This document shows positions 51,690-62,234 of a stretch of 64,000 bases of DNA, in pieces. The position numbers and the translations under genes were made by a program. Source of the stretch: Alkalispirochaeta sp. (GTDB taxonomy: Bacteria; Spirochaetota; Spirochaetia; DSM-27196; Alkalispirochaetaceae). The notes under the pieces were generated by a model. That model saw only the letters and a program-made list of their open reading frames with translations. It searched no databases and was not told where the DNA came from. Each line of letters begins with the position of its first letter. Position 1 is the first letter of the stretch. The DNA is taken from the NCBI GenBank assembly GCA_965242725.1, contig CBDESZ010000016.1, positions 32,001 through 96,000 on the forward strand. Direction: 5' to 3'.

Positions 51690-52716
51690 GTTCGGATTGC
51701 TCCTTCGCTGCGGCAGATGCCGTCGCCGGTTCCGGCGGCCCGTCGGGGTACCAGCACCACGCAAGGTGATCGCCGCCCTCGGAAAAGGAATCGGGGAATT
51801 CCGTGACGCACCGCTGGCCCCGGTTGGGACAGCGGTTTACAAAGGGACAGCCGTCGCCAAGAGTACGCAAATCGGGGACCGTTCCGGGGATGGCCTCAAG
51901 CCGCCGGGCGCCGCGATACTTCGGATTTCCCGGAAGGCTGTTGAGAAGTCCCCGCGTGTAGGGATGACGGGGGGCGGTAAAGACCTGCTCCACGCTCCCC
52001 TGCTCCACCGCCCGTCCGGCGTACATCACCGTCGTCCGATGGGCGACCTGGGCCACGACGCCCATGTCGTGGGTAATGAGCAGAATGGAAACGCCGATCT
52101 TCTTCTGCAGCTCCGACAGGAGGTGCAGAATCTGCGCCTGAATGGTGACGTCCAGGGCGGTTGTCGGCTCATCGGCGATGATGAGGCCCGGCTCGGGACT
52201 TGCAAGCGCCATGGCGATCATAACGCGCTGTCGCATGCCGCCGCTCAGCTGATGGGCATATTCATCGGCCCGTTTTTCAGGCTCGGGAATCTTGACGAGA
52301 TCCAGCAGTTCCACCGCCTTCTTCCACGCGCTCTTTGAATCCAGTTTATGGTGAACGCGAAAGACGTCGGCAATCTGCTCTCCGATTTTAAAGACGGGAT
52401 TGAGACTGGTCATGGGTTCCTGAAAGATCATGCTTATCCGCACGCCCCGGAGCGCCCGATGGTCCCTGGGGGGAATCTGCAACAGATCGCGACCGTCAAA
52501 GAAGATTTCGCCCCGTTCAATCCGCGCCGGCGGAACGGGGAGAAGGCCCGTAATGGCGTGGGCGGTGACACTCTTGCCGCACCCCGACTCGCCGACGAGG
52601 GCGACCGTTTCGCCCTTCCGTATTTCCAGGTCGATGCCCCTGACGGCGCGTACGACACCGCGGACGGTATGAAAACTGACGTGGAGATCGTTTATCTTAA
52701 GCAGCGTTTCGCTCAT
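51682..52716 (-). CDS. dppD: peptide ABC transporter ATPase
   Basis: GESGCGKSV; LSGGMRQR; ADEPTTALD. Confidence 0.88.
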   Translation of the reverse strand: MSETLLKINDLHVSFHTVRGVVRAVRGIDLEIRKGETVALVGESGCGKSVTAHAITGLLPVPPARIERGEIFFDGRDLLQIPPRDHRALRGVRISMIFQEPMTSLNPVFKIGEQIADVFRVHHKLDSKSAWKKAVELLDLVKIPEPEKRADEYAHQLSGGMRQRVMIAMALASPEPGLIIADEPTTALDVTIQAQILHLLSELQKKIGVSILLITHDMGVVAQVAHRTTVMYAGRAVEQGSVEQVFTAPRHPYTRGLLNSLPGNPKYRGARRLEAIPGTVPDLRTLGDGCPFVNRCPNRGQRCVTEFPDSFSEGGDHLAWCWYPDGPPEPATASAAAKEQSEHV

Positions 52717-52727
52717 TCTTTGTATCC

Positions 52728-53630
52728 TTAATCTTTCATCCGCGGATCGAGCACGTCCCGCAGGCCGTCGCCGAAGAGGTTGAAGCCGAGCACCGCGAGG
52801 AGTGTTGCGATACCGGGAAAGGTGACGATCCACCACGCGCTCGTCACAAACTCCCGACTGGAGGCGATCATGAGCCCCCATTCCGGCGTCGGCGGCTGCG
52901 CCCCCAGGCCGAGGAAGCTCAGCGCCGCCGAGGAGAGTATCGCCTCACCAACACCCAGCGTCGCCTGAACGATCACCGGGGCGAGGCTGTTTGGCAGGAT
53001 GGAACCGAACATCAGTTCAAAATCGCCGGTGCCGAGGCTCCGCTCGGCAAGGACGTAATCGGCTTCCTTCTCGGCGAGTACCGATGCCCGTACAAGCCTG
53101 ACGTACCGCGGCATCTGGCTGATACCGATGGCGATCATCGCGTTGGTCAGGCTCGGTCCAAGGACGGCGACGATGACGATGGTCAGGAGGACATAGGGAA
53201 AGGCGAGCATGATATCGATAAAGCGCATGACGATACGGTCAAAGAGGCCGCCGTAGTACCCGGAAACCGTCCCCAGTGCGACGCCGCCGATCATGGCGAT
53301 ACCTACCGAGACGATACCGATAGTCATGCTCAACCGCGCACCGTATATGATTCGACTCAGAAGATCCCGTCCCAGATCGTCGGTCCCGAGGAGACCGAGG
53401 CCGCTGAAGGGCGGGCTCTTGCGGATCGAAATATTCTGTGCCACCGGATCCGCCGGCGCGATGAGGGGAGCCAGGATCGCCACCGTTACAAAGACGATGA
53501 TGATAAGCAACCCCGCAATGGCCGCCTTGTTCTGGCGCAGACGCGTCCAGTTTTCCTGAAAGGGAGTGAGATCCGCAGGAGCGCCCTCAGCTTCCGGAAT
53601 CGTTTCAATCAGTTCACTTGTATCAGACAT
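52728..53630 (-). CDS. dppC: peptide ABC transporter permease
   Basis: LGTDDLGRD; LSFLGLGAQPPTPEWG. Confidence 0.9.
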   Translation of the reverse strand: MSDTSELIETIPEAEGAPADLTPFQENWTRLRQNKAAIAGLLIIIVFVTVAILAPLIAPADPVAQNISIRKSPPFSGLGLLGTDDLGRDLLSRIIYGARLSMTIGIVSVGIAMIGGVALGTVSGYYGGLFDRIVMRFIDIMLAFPYVLLTIVIVAVLGPSLTNAMIAIGISQMPRYVRLVRASVLAEKEADYVLAERSLGTGDFELMFGSILPNSLAPVIVQATLGVGEAILSSAALSFLGLGAQPPTPEWGLMIASSREFVTSAWWIVTFPGIATLLAVLGFNLFGDGLRDVLDPRMKD

Positions 53631-53651
53631 GTTAGCTTCCGTGTTCCTTTA

Positions 53652-54668
53652 TTACTGAAGGCGGATCCGCGGGTTCACCACGGAGTAGAGTACATCCACC
53701 AGGAGGTTTATCAGCACGAATACGGTGGAAACGACGATGACCCCCGCCTGTACCGCCGGATAATCCCGGGCGGCGATGGCGTTATAGAGCCACCTTCCGA
53801 TGCCGGGCCAGGCAAATATCGTCTCTGTGAGAATCGCTCCCGCAAGAAGGAGTCCAAACTGGATACCCACCACGGTGATGATCGGCAGCAGCGCATTTTT
53901 CAGGGCGTACCTGAAGATCACCCGCCGTTCCGGCAGCCCCGCGGCGCGGGCGGTCTTTACGTAATCCTGCCGGAGCGTCTCCAGCATGCTGCTGCGGGTG
54001 GTGCGGGCGATGATTGCAAGTGGAATTGTCGCGAGGGCGATGGCGGGAAGGACGATGTGCCTGAGAGCACTGAGGAAATACTGGGGATCCCCCTCCTTGA
54101 CCATGAGAATCAGCCCGTCAAGGAGATAGAGGCGGGTGATGGGCTCAAAGAAGAGGCGGACATTCATCCTGCCGCCGGTGGGGAACCAGCCCAGACCGAC
54201 ACTGAATATCATGATAAAGACGAGGGCGAGCCAGAAGACGGGCATACTTACCCCCACCAGGGCCCCCACCATCGCGGTGTAGTCGATCCAGGAGTTCTTT
54301 TTCACCGCGGAAATGACGCCGATGAGAATGCCTATCGTCGTGGCGAGAAACATCGCCACCAGCGCCAGCTCCACCGTGGCGGGAAAGAGCTGGCCGATTT
54401 CTTCCATGACGGGGCGTCCCGTCTTGATGGACTGTCCAAAATCGAGCTGGACCGCTCTCCCGAGGTAGCGCACGTATTGCTCCCCGAGGGGGCGGTCAAG
54501 TCCGAGTTCCTGTCGCAGCTGCTCCAGTTGTTCCGCGTTGGCGCGCTCGCCAAGCATGACCCGGGCGGGATCGCCGGGGCTCAGGGCGACCATGAAAAAA
54601 ACGATGGTAAGAACGCCGATGAGGGTGGGGATGAGGAGGAGCAGCCGTCGGGTAATGTATTTCAGCAT
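53652..54668 (-). CDS. dppB: peptide ABC transporter permease
   Basis: PGDPA; DYVKTARAAG; ETIFAWPGIG. Confidence 0.9.
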   Translation of the reverse strand: MLKYITRRLLLLIPTLIGVLTIVFFMVALSPGDPARVMLGERANAEQLEQLRQELGLDRPLGEQYVRYLGRAVQLDFGQSIKTGRPVMEEIGQLFPATVELALVAMFLATTIGILIGVISAVKKNSWIDYTAMVGALVGVSMPVFWLALVFIMIFSVGLGWFPTGGRMNVRLFFEPITRLYLLDGLILMVKEGDPQYFLSALRHIVLPAIALATIPLAIIARTTRSSMLETLRQDYVKTARAAGLPERRVIFRYALKNALLPIITVVGIQFGLLLAGAILTETIFAWPGIGRWLYNAIAARDYPAVQAGVIVVSTVFVLINLLVDVLYSVVNPRIRLQ

Positions 54669-54695
54669 GGTTTCCGTATCTTATCGTTGGAGGGT

Positions 54696-54733
54696 AGAAA
54701 AGAAAAGCAGCCCGGTCTCGAGGACCGGACTGC
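54696..54733 (-). terminator. hairpin plus U-tract after dppA
   Basis: GCAGTCCGGTC-CTCGA-GACCGGGCTGC followed by TTTTCTTTTCT. Confidence 0.65.
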
Positions 54734-54763
54734 CGCTGCAGTTACACTGCCGTTATGCAAGGA

Positions 54764-56371
54764 TCAGTTGTCAAGCCATACGTCGTAGAAAACGCGCTTA
54801 CCCGTAGGATAGATCACGAAGTCACGGACGTGGCTGCGAACGGGAACGGTAACGACCGAGTGCGCCACGGGTACCCACGGTGCCTGGTCGTGAAAGACTT
54901 CCTGCGCCTCTTCATAGAGTTCTACACGCCGATCGTAGTCGAAGGTTGTCTTCGCCTCTTCAATAAGGGCGTCAAACTCGTCGTTCCGCCAGAATGCGAT
55001 ATTACCGGCGGGCACTTCTGCGGCGTCGCTTGAAAGGAGCACGTAGAGGAAGTTGTCGGGATCACCGTTGTCACCGGTCCAGCCGAGGAGCGCCATTTGG
55101 TGCTCACCGCTGTCGGTGCGGTCCAGGTACGTTCCCCAGTCAAAACTGACGATCTCCGCTTCGATTCCCACTTCGGCAAGGTTCGCCTGTGCAATTTCCG
55201 CAACGGTACGTCCGTCGGGGAAGTAGGGGCGGCTCACCGGCATCGCCCACAGATCGGTTTCAAAACCGTCGGGGTAGCCCGCTTCGGCCAGGAGTTCCCG
55301 GGCGCGTTCGGGATCGTACTCGTAGTCTTCGATCTCTTCGTTGTAGCTCCACATCGTCGGAGGAATCGGGTTCTTGGCAACCTGTCCGGCACTGCCGAAT
55401 ACGGCGTCGATGATGTCCTGCTTGTTGATCGCGTGGTTGACGGCACGACGAACGAGCACGTTACCGAAGGGTTCCTTGTCGTTGTTCATCGCGATGTAAC
55501 CCACGTTGAGACCGGGCTGCTGAATCAACTCGATATTGCCGTCAGCCTCCATCGCTTCCAGATCCTCGGGAGAGGGGAAGTCGATCACGTCCACTTCACC
55601 ACTCTGAAGAGCGAGATAGCGGGCGGTCGCATCGGGAATCACCCGAAGGATGAGCCGGTCCAGGTACGCGGGACGGCGCCAGTAGTCGGCATTCCGCTCA
55701 AGAACGATGCGGTCGTCCTTTACCCATTCAACAAACTTGAAGGGACCGGTTCCGACGGGGTTGTTCTTGAAATCCTCTCCCAGTTCCGCAACTGCCGTGG
55801 GACTTACGATCGCCGCAAAGTCCATCGCCAGGTTGGCGAGGAAGGGAGCTTCAACCTTCTTGAGGGAGAACTCGACGGTGTAGTCATCGATGACGGTGAT
55901 TTCGTCGATGATGTCTGACATGCCCATGTAACCCCAGTACTTCCAGGGTCCCAGGTCATAGTAGGGGTGATCTTCCAGATACTGGCGATCAAAGCTGAAC
56001 TTCACCGCGTCCGCGTTGAAGGGCGTGCCGTCGTGGAATGTGACGCCTTCCCGCAGATGGAAGGTAAAGGTCAGACCGTCGTCGGCAACGTCCCAGCTCT
56101 CGGCAAGGGCGGGGCGGACTTCCGTCGTACCGGGGACAAACTCGACAAGATTGTCGAAAATCTGTGTGCTTCCGTAGAAACTTTCACCGTCGGTTTCACG
56201 CGCCGGGTCGAGACCGACCGAGTCACCTGAGCGGGCAAAGACAAGAACACCGCCCGACTGGGGACCATCGGCGGACCCGCCGGTTGATCCGGTCGTCTCC
56301 TGTTGTCCGCCGGCAAAGACCATCGCTGACGCCATGATCATTACGATTAGAAATAATATTGAGCGTTTCAT
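54764..56371 (-). CDS. dppA: dipeptide ABC transporter substrate-binding protein
   Basis: PALAESW; WAMPVSRPY; GWTGDNGDPDNF. Confidence 0.88.
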   Translation of the reverse strand: MKRSILFLIVMIMASAMVFAGGQQETTGSTGGSADGPQSGGVLVFARSGDSVGLDPARETDGESFYGSTQIFDNLVEFVPGTTEVRPALAESWDVADDGLTFTFHLREGVTFHDGTPFNADAVKFSFDRQYLEDHPYYDLGPWKYWGYMGMSDIIDEITVIDDYTVEFSLKKVEAPFLANLAMDFAAIVSPTAVAELGEDFKNNPVGTGPFKFVEWVKDDRIVLERNADYWRRPAYLDRLILRVIPDATARYLALQSGEVDVIDFPSPEDLEAMEADGNIELIQQPGLNVGYIAMNNDKEPFGNVLVRRAVNHAINKQDIIDAVFGSAGQVAKNPIPPTMWSYNEEIEDYEYDPERARELLAEAGYPDGFETDLWAMPVSRPYFPDGRTVAEIAQANLAEVGIEAEIVSFDWGTYLDRTDSGEHQMALLGWTGDNGDPDNFLYVLLSSDAAEVPAGNIAFWRNDEFDALIEEAKTTFDYDRRVELYEEAQEVFHDQAPWVPVAHSVVTVPVRSHVRDFVIYPTGKRVFYDVWLDN

Positions 56372-56495
56372 CGTACCTCCTTTGAAACTATGGCGTTAAC
56401 AGTACCAATCTGAACGAGGACGAGCAAGTATTTTTTTACAGGTTCCCGGTAAATGGAGCTTTTATTCAGCCGACGGACCGGTGAAATCCACGTCC

Positions 56496-56858
56496 TCAGT
56501 GGTGTGCGGAATCAGCACCCGATATAGAACGGCGCCGATATTTCAGTACACGAACCTTTTCCATCGTCACAAGCCCCTCAACGATCCATTCATCCAGAAA
56601 AGGGAGAAGTCGTTCAATCTTGTCCATCGTGTCGACGATTTCGACGATGACGGGCAGATCATCCGAAAGGGCGAGGAGTTTGCTTGCGTGAATACGGCTG
56701 TCGGCGCCGAAGCCGAGTATGCCCCGCGTGACGGTTGCCCCCGCCAGTTCAAGTTCACGCGCCTTCATCACGATCACCTCGTACAGCGGTTTGCCGCGAA
56801 ATCGGTCGTTTTCCCCCAGAAATATCCGCAACAGCGTACACTCTTCAGCGACACCCAT
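56496..56858 (-). CDS. DUF190 PII-like protein
   Basis: LRIFLGE; LAGATVTRGILGFG; LSDDLP. Confidence 0.88.
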   Translation of the reverse strand: MGVAEECTLLRIFLGENDRFRGKPLYEVIVMKARELELAGATVTRGILGFGADSRIHASKLLALSDDLPVIVEIVDTMDKIERLLPFLDEWIVEGLVTMEKVRVLKYRRRSISGADSAHH

Positions 56859-56876
56859 CGTTCCTCCTTCGCATTT

Positions 56877-57272
56877 TCATGACAGGACCATCCGTCCAAC
56901 CATCCGCGTCAGATACACCGCCCCCAGACAAGCGCCGAAACCAAGTACCAGATTTGCCGCCAGGTTGAGGACGCCAAACAACCACTCCCCGTCATGGACG
57001 AGGTTGAGCGTCTCAAGGGTAAAGGTCGAAAAGGTGGTCAGGGCTCCGAGAAAGCCGACGCCGATCATTGCCCGTACCGCCGGCGCGATGGTCAGCCATG
57101 TGCTTCCTTCATAGAGAACGCCGATAAGAAAGGAGCCGATGAGATTTGCCGCCAGGGTACCCCAGGGAAAGAGCACCGCCGACCGTTGAGCGATGAAATA
57201 CGCAAGGGAAAAACGGGCGATCGCCCCGAGGGCACCTCCGAGTCCGACGGAGAGGATGTGTGAGAGACTCAT
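56877..57272 (-). CDS. crcB: fluoride channel Fluc/CrcB
   Basis: GGALGAIAR; PWGTLAAN; GFLGALTTFSTF. Confidence 0.92.
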   Translation of the reverse strand: MSLSHILSVGLGGALGAIARFSLAYFIAQRSAVLFPWGTLAANLIGSFLIGVLYEGSTWLTIAPAVRAMIGVGFLGALTTFSTFTLETLNLVHDGEWLFGVLNLAANLVLGFGACLGAVYLTRMVGRMVLS

Positions 57273-57359
57273 GTATATGACGGTGCAATAAATGAAGGGG
57301 TGTTACAAGCGCAGGAGCAGCAGAACGCGATCTCCCAGTCCTTTCAAATCGCAATCAAC

Positions 57360-57398
57360 CTAACCAATTTCTAACGTAAATCTCATACAAGACTCATG
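57360..57398 (+). promoter_or_regulatory. candidate Pho-box-like 11-bp direct repeats
   Basis: CTAACC/CTAACG/CTCATA/CTCATG at 57360, 57371, 57382 and 57393, upstream of pstS. Confidence 0.55.
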
Positions 57399-57457
57399 GG
57401 CCGCCACTTTCATCAGGGTGTACGGAAAACACACGTTCTTTGAAGGAGGAACAATTG

Positions 57458-58462
57458 ATGAAAAAAGCAATCACCATACTGAGTCTGCTCATGGCGGCGG
57501 GACTCTTATTTGCCGGGGGTCAGCAGGAGGGATCCGGCCGGTCCGGTCAAATGGAAGAGTCCGGCGGCGCGTGGAGCTGGGTTATTGATGACGGCGATTT
57601 TCCCGAGGTAAACGCTCTTGAAGTGCGGGGAAACGTGATCACCGCGGGTAGCTCAACGGTCTTTCCCGCCGCGGAGTATCTGGCCGCCCAGTTTCAGGAT
57701 GAAGGGTACAGCGGAAACATCACCATCGACAGCATCGGTTCAGGCGGCGGCTTTGAACGCTTTACCGTCCAGGGTGAGACGGATGTATCCAACGCCAGCC
57801 GGGCGATACGGGAAAGCGAAATCGAACAGGCCCGTGAGATCGGCCGGGAGCCGATCGAGTTCCGCATCGGCACCGACGCCCTCGCCGTCGTGGTGAATCC
57901 CGCCAACGACTGGGTCTCCGATGTCACCATTGAAGAACTCGCCCGAATCATGACGGCAGACAACTGGAGCGACGTCAATCCGGACTGGCCGGACGAGCCG
58001 GTCCTCAAATTCATTCCCGGCACCGACAGCGGAACCTTTGACTACTTTGTGGAGGAAGTCTTTGACGAAGACGCGGAACCCCTCCTCGCCGCCTCGGATG
58101 TGCAGCTCTCGGAAGACGACAATATTCTCGTCCAGGGTATCGAGGGCAGCCCCTACGCCATAGGGTTCTTCGGCTACGCCTACTACGCGAATGAAGGGGA
58201 CGCACTGAAAATTCTCAGCATCGATGGTGTCGAGGCAAACACGGAGAATGTCGACGCCGGCGACTATCCCCTCGCTCGCCCGCTCTTTATGTACAGCGAT
58301 GCGACGATCATGCGGGAAAAACCGCAGGTTGCGGCGTGGCTCGCCTACGTTCTCAACAACGCCACCGACGGCATGCTGGCGGTCGGGTACTTTGAGGCTC
58401 CCGCCGCAGTGATTGAAGCGGGAAAACAGAAATGGCTCGATGCCGTGGGAGATATGTATTAA
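57458..58462 (+). CDS. pstS: phosphate ABC transporter substrate-binding protein
   Basis: AGSSTVFP; GSGGG; DSGTFDYF; YPLARPLF. Confidence 0.92.
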   Translation: MKKAITILSLLMAAGLLFAGGQQEGSGRSGQMEESGGAWSWVIDDGDFPEVNALEVRGNVITAGSSTVFPAAEYLAAQFQDEGYSGNITIDSIGSGGGFERFTVQGETDVSNASRAIRESEIEQAREIGREPIEFRIGTDALAVVVNPANDWVSDVTIEELARIMTADNWSDVNPDWPDEPVLKFIPGTDSGTFDYFVEEVFDEDAEPLLAASDVQLSEDDNILVQGIEGSPYAIGFFGYAYYANEGDALKILSIDGVEANTENVDAGDYPLARPLFMYSDATIMREKPQVAAWLAYVLNNATDGMLAVGYFEAPAAVIEAGKQKWLDAVGDMY

Positions 58463-58496
58463 CAGCTTTCGCAGCGGGATGCCGTTACGATCCGAA

Positions 58497-58530
58497 ACGG
58501 GAGAGGCGTGCCTCTCCCGTCTTTTTCTTT
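58497..58530 (+). terminator. hairpin plus U-tract after pstS
   Basis: ACGGGAGAGGC-GT-GCCTCTCCCGT then CTTTTTCTTT. Confidence 0.7.
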
Positions 58531-58539
58531 GGAGGTACC

Positions 58540-59469
58540 ATGTCCGATAGTCCGACCACGCCGGAAACGATCGATTTTTCGCCAAGAAGGAGACCCCACG
58601 AGACGGCGATCAAGGGGTTTCTCTTCGGGACGGCGGTCATTTCCGTCTTTATTACAATTGGTATCGCCTTTGAACTGGTAAAGGAGTCGTGGCTCTTTTT
58701 CGGCGATCCCGAGGTCAGTCTCCGGGAGTTTATTTCTTCCACCGAGTGGCAGCCGGTGATCGGACAGTTTGGTATCTGGCCCCTCCTTACCGCGACGCTC
58801 ACGACAAGCATCATCGCCATGCTCGTCGCCTTCCCCCTCGGCCTGATGGTGGCTATTTACCTCAGCGAATATGCGTCCGACCGCGTCCGGAGTACCATCA
58901 AGCCCGTTCTGGAGGTCCTTGCGGGAATTCCGACGGTGGTCTACGGATACTTTGCGGTCACCTTTATGACGCCCCTCCTGCAGTCCATCTTCGGCAACGA
59001 CATTGTGGACGTCTACAATACCGCATCGGCGGGTATCGTCATGGGGATTCTCATTCTGCCCCTCGTATCATCCATGACGGAAGACGCCCTGAGTGCCGTT
59101 CCGCGGAGTCTGCGCATGGGCGCGTACGCCCTCGGTTCGACCAGAATGGAAACCTCCATTCAAATCGTCGTTCCCGCCGCCTTTTCCGGCATCGCCGCGG
59201 CGTTCATCGTCGCCCTCTCCCGGGCCGTCGGCGAGACGATGATCGTCGCCCTCGCGGCGGGGGCGGGTCCCAACTTCACCCTCAATCCCTTTGAAGGCGC
59301 CGAGACGCTCACGGGCTATATCGTCAGGATCAGCGGCGGCGACATCAGCTATAACTCCGTCGACTACAACAGCATCTTTGCCCTGGGCCTGCTGCTCTTT
59401 CTCATCACCCTGACCCTCAACTTCATCAGCCGGCGCATCGTCGAGAAATACCGGGAGGTGTACGAGTGA
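58540..59469 (+). CDS. pstC: phosphate ABC transporter permease
   Basis: LAGIPTVVYG; SRAVGETM. Confidence 0.92.
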   Translation: MSDSPTTPETIDFSPRRRPHETAIKGFLFGTAVISVFITIGIAFELVKESWLFFGDPEVSLREFISSTEWQPVIGQFGIWPLLTATLTTSIIAMLVAFPLGLMVAIYLSEYASDRVRSTIKPVLEVLAGIPTVVYGYFAVTFMTPLLQSIFGNDIVDVYNTASAGIVMGILILPLVSSMTEDALSAVPRSLRMGAYALGSTRMETSIQIVVPAAFSGIAAAFIVALSRAVGETMIVALAAGAGPNFTLNPFEGAETLTGYIVRISGGDISYNSVDYNSIFALGLLLFLITLTLNFISRRIVEKYREVYE

Positions 59470-60728
59470 GCACCTATCAGGCGGAGCACATCACCCACCG
59501 TCACGAAGAGATCATGGAAAACATCGAGCGAAGACGCCGGCGCGGTAAGGTATGGCACGTCCTCTTCTACATCGCCACGGCAATATCGATTCTCGCCCTC
59601 ATCGTCCTTTTGCTGAACATTTTCAACAGCGTCTTCGGCTTTGTACTGATCACCAACGAGGTGGAACCGGAAGCACTCGTAGAGGGGGGCGATCTGGAAT
59701 CCCTGTCCCGAGAGGAACTTATCGGGCTTCTGGAAGAATACCTTTCCACCGGTCTGATTCGCCGATTCAACCATGAAGATCCATTGGCGGAGCGCAGCGT
59801 CGCCGATCTTGCGGCACTGGTCCGGCAGCGCATCGTTAATCCAACGATTGTGGAGGCGTGGTCGCTCAGGGATTCACTCTTCAATCAGGGGGAGATCAGT
59901 GAAGTCAGGGATAACACGCCTGGGGCGCGCCTGCAGTTCCGCAGCTGGCTCACTCCGTCGTTTCTCGTCTCGCCCCAGAATCCGCGTCCTCAGCTGGCGG
60001 GAATACGGACCGCCTTTCTCGGATCCCTCTGGATGATCCTCATCGTCATCGCCGTCTCCTTTCCCGTCGGCGTTGCCGCGGCGATCTATCTTGAGGAGTA
60101 CGCCCGGGGCGACCGGTGGTACAACAAGGTCATCGAGGTCAATATTTACAACCTCGCCGGCGTTCCCTCCATCATATACGGGCTGCTGGGTCTGGCGGTG
60201 TTTGTCCGCATGCTGGAGCCGATCACCAGCGGAACTCTCTTCGGCGCCGCCGATCCGACGACGGCAAATGGACGGACCATCCTTTCTGCGGGACTGACGC
60301 TGTCGCTGCTTATCCTGCCGATCATCATCATTAACTCCCGGGAAGCGATCAAGGCGGTACCCAACAGCCTCCGCGACTCCAGTTACGGCCTCGGCGCAAC
60401 GAAGTGGCAGACCATCTGGCATCACGTCCTGCCGGCATCCTTTGACCGGATTCTCACCGGCACCATTCTCGCCGTATCGCGGGCAATCGGGGAGACGGCT
60501 CCTCTCGTCGTCGTCGGGGCATCCACCTTCATCACGGTAGACCCTGAATCACTCTTTTCCAAGTTCACCACGCTGCCCATTCAAATCTACCAGTGGTCGG
60601 CACGGCCGCAGTCACAATTTCGAAATGTCGCCGCCGCGGCAATCGTCGTACTTCTCATTCTCATGCTGACGATGAACGCATCGGCAATCATTCTGCGCAA
60701 TCGTATTTCAAAGAAAAGGAGAGTCTGA
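59466..60728 (+). CDS. pstA: phosphate ABC transporter permease
   Basis: LAGVPSIIYG; RAIGETAPL. Confidence 0.92.
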   Translation: MSTYQAEHITHRHEEIMENIERRRRRGKVWHVLFYIATAISILALIVLLLNIFNSVFGFVLITNEVEPEALVEGGDLESLSREELIGLLEEYLSTGLIRRFNHEDPLAERSVADLAALVRQRIVNPTIVEAWSLRDSLFNQGEISEVRDNTPGARLQFRSWLTPSFLVSPQNPRPQLAGIRTAFLGSLWMILIVIAVSFPVGVAAAIYLEEYARGDRWYNKVIEVNIYNLAGVPSIIYGLLGLAVFVRMLEPITSGTLFGAADPTTANGRTILSAGLTLSLLILPIIIINSREAIKAVPNSLRDSSYGLGATKWQTIWHHVLPASFDRILTGTILAVSRAIGETAPLVVVGASTFITVDPESLFSKFTTLPIQIYQWSARPQSQFRNVAAAAIVVLLILMLTMNASAIILRNRISKKRRV

Positions 60729-60731
60729 TCG

Positions 60732-61487
60732 ATGGACACGACCCTCGCCATGCAGACAAGGAATCTGAACTTCTACTATGGAGACTTTCAGGCGCTCTTT
60801 GACGTGAGTCTCGACTTCGTATCAAGAAACGTCACCGCCCTCATCGGGCCGTCGGGTTGCGGCAAGAGCACCCTCCTGCGCTGCCTCAACCGTATGAACG
60901 ACCTCATTCCCGATACACGGGCTGAAGGGGACGTCTTCTTCCGGGACCAGAACGTCTACGGTTCCAACGTCGACCCCGTGGAAATCCGGCGCCGGGTGGG
61001 TATGGTCTTCCAGAAACCCAACCCCTTTCCCAAAAGCGTCTATGAAAACATCGCCTGGGGGGCACGCATAAACGGCTACAGGGGCGATATGGATGAGCTG
61101 GTGGAAACGAGCCTCAGGAAATGCGCCCTCTGGAACGAAGTAAAGGACAAACTGAAACAGAACGCCCTGGGCCTCTCGGGAGGACAGCAGCAACGCCTGT
61201 GCATCGCCCGAACCATCGCGGTGGAACCGGACGTGATTCTCATGGACGAGCCGACGAGCGCCCTCGATCCCATTTCCACGGCGAAAATCGAGGACCTCAT
61301 CACCGAGCTCAAGGAGCGTTACACAATTATCATCGTGACCCACAACATGCAGCAGGCGGGGCGCGTCTCCGATCAGACCGCCTTCTTCTACGAGGGTGTT
61401 ATAATTGAAGCGGGCATCACGAGAGACATCTTTTTCAACCCCAGAGAACCGCGGACGGAAGCGTATATTTCCGGACGGTTCGGTTGA
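60732..61487 (+). CDS. pstB: phosphate ABC transporter ATPase
   Basis: [24 protein letters not shown]. Confidence 0.95.
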   Translation: MDTTLAMQTRNLNFYYGDFQALFDVSLDFVSRNVTALIGPSGCGKSTLLRCLNRMNDLIPDTRAEGDVFFRDQNVYGSNVDPVEIRRRVGMVFQKPNPFPKSVYENIAWGARINGYRGDMDELVETSLRKCALWNEVKDKLKQNALGLSGGQQQRLCIARTIAVEPDVILMDEPTSALDPISTAKIEDLITELKERYTIIIVTHNMQQAGRVSDQTAFFYEGVIIEAGITRDIFFNPREPRTEAYISGRFG

Positions 61488-61506
61488 CGGGCAGGAGGAC
61501 ATCGCA

Positions 61507-62169
61507 ATGCAATACCGACACCATTTTCAGGAACAGTTGCACCACATGTATGAGGATGTACTCAAGATGGGTACCCTCGTGGAGGAGGCGCTGCGCAAGG
61601 CGCTGAAAGCGGTCACCAATGACGACCGCTCCCTTGCCGAGAGCGTCAAGAGAAACGACGACACCATCGACGCCCTGCAGTTTGAAATCGATCGGCGATG
61701 CACAGAACTCATCGCCACGGAACAGCCCGTGGCGACGGACCTGCGGGAAATCCTCGTCGCCATGAAAATAGCCGCGGACCTTGAGCGCATCGGCGACCAC
61801 GCCCGTCATGTAGTTCGCGTCATCGACGAGCTCACGGATGTCGCATTTCGCGATACCCTTCCCCGTTTTCAGGCGATGACGGAGATGGGGATCGGCATGG
61901 TCCACGACTCAATCACCGCCTACGTCAATCATGATGCCGAGAGTGCCCGAAAGGTCGCCCGCCGGGATGATCAAATCGATGAAATGCACCGCGCCCTCTA
62001 CGGAGAGCTGATTGAGATCATCAAGAAGAATCCCGACCGCGCGGAAGAGGGCACTGCCCTTATATTTCTGAACCGCTTCCTGGAACGGCTTGGTGACCAC
62101 GTGACCAACATGTGCGAGTGGATCGTCTACGCCAAGACGGGAGAACACCTGGAGCTCAACAAGATCTGA
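61507..62169 (+). CDS. phoU: phosphate signalling protein PhoU
   Basis: QPVATDLR; DLERIGDH; LERLGDH. Confidence 0.93.
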   Translation: MQYRHHFQEQLHHMYEDVLKMGTLVEEALRKALKAVTNDDRSLAESVKRNDDTIDALQFEIDRRCTELIATEQPVATDLREILVAMKIAADLERIGDHARHVVRVIDELTDVAFRDTLPRFQAMTEMGIGMVHDSITAYVNHDAESARKVARRDDQIDEMHRALYGELIEIIKKNPDRAEEGTALIFLNRFLERLGDHVTNMCEWIVYAKTGEHLELNKI

Positions 62170-62234
62170 AGGGCTCCATGACGGGCGGGGTGCGTGCAGA
62201 CTACCCGCCCGATTTTGTGTTACAGTTCCGGTAA

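Noticed and set aside
50730..56371. dpp transporter as the importer of the BMC substrate
   Set aside because: The binding protein has dipeptide-type DppA motifs and the BMC operon has its own promoter; only adjacency (9 bp to deoR) supports a link.
57273..57345. Fluoride riboswitch upstream of crcB
   Set aside because: GGAGATCGCGTTCTGC loosely resembles the 5' motif, but the conserved 3' GCT(A/G)ATGA pseudoknot segment is absent; an Rfam scan would be needed.
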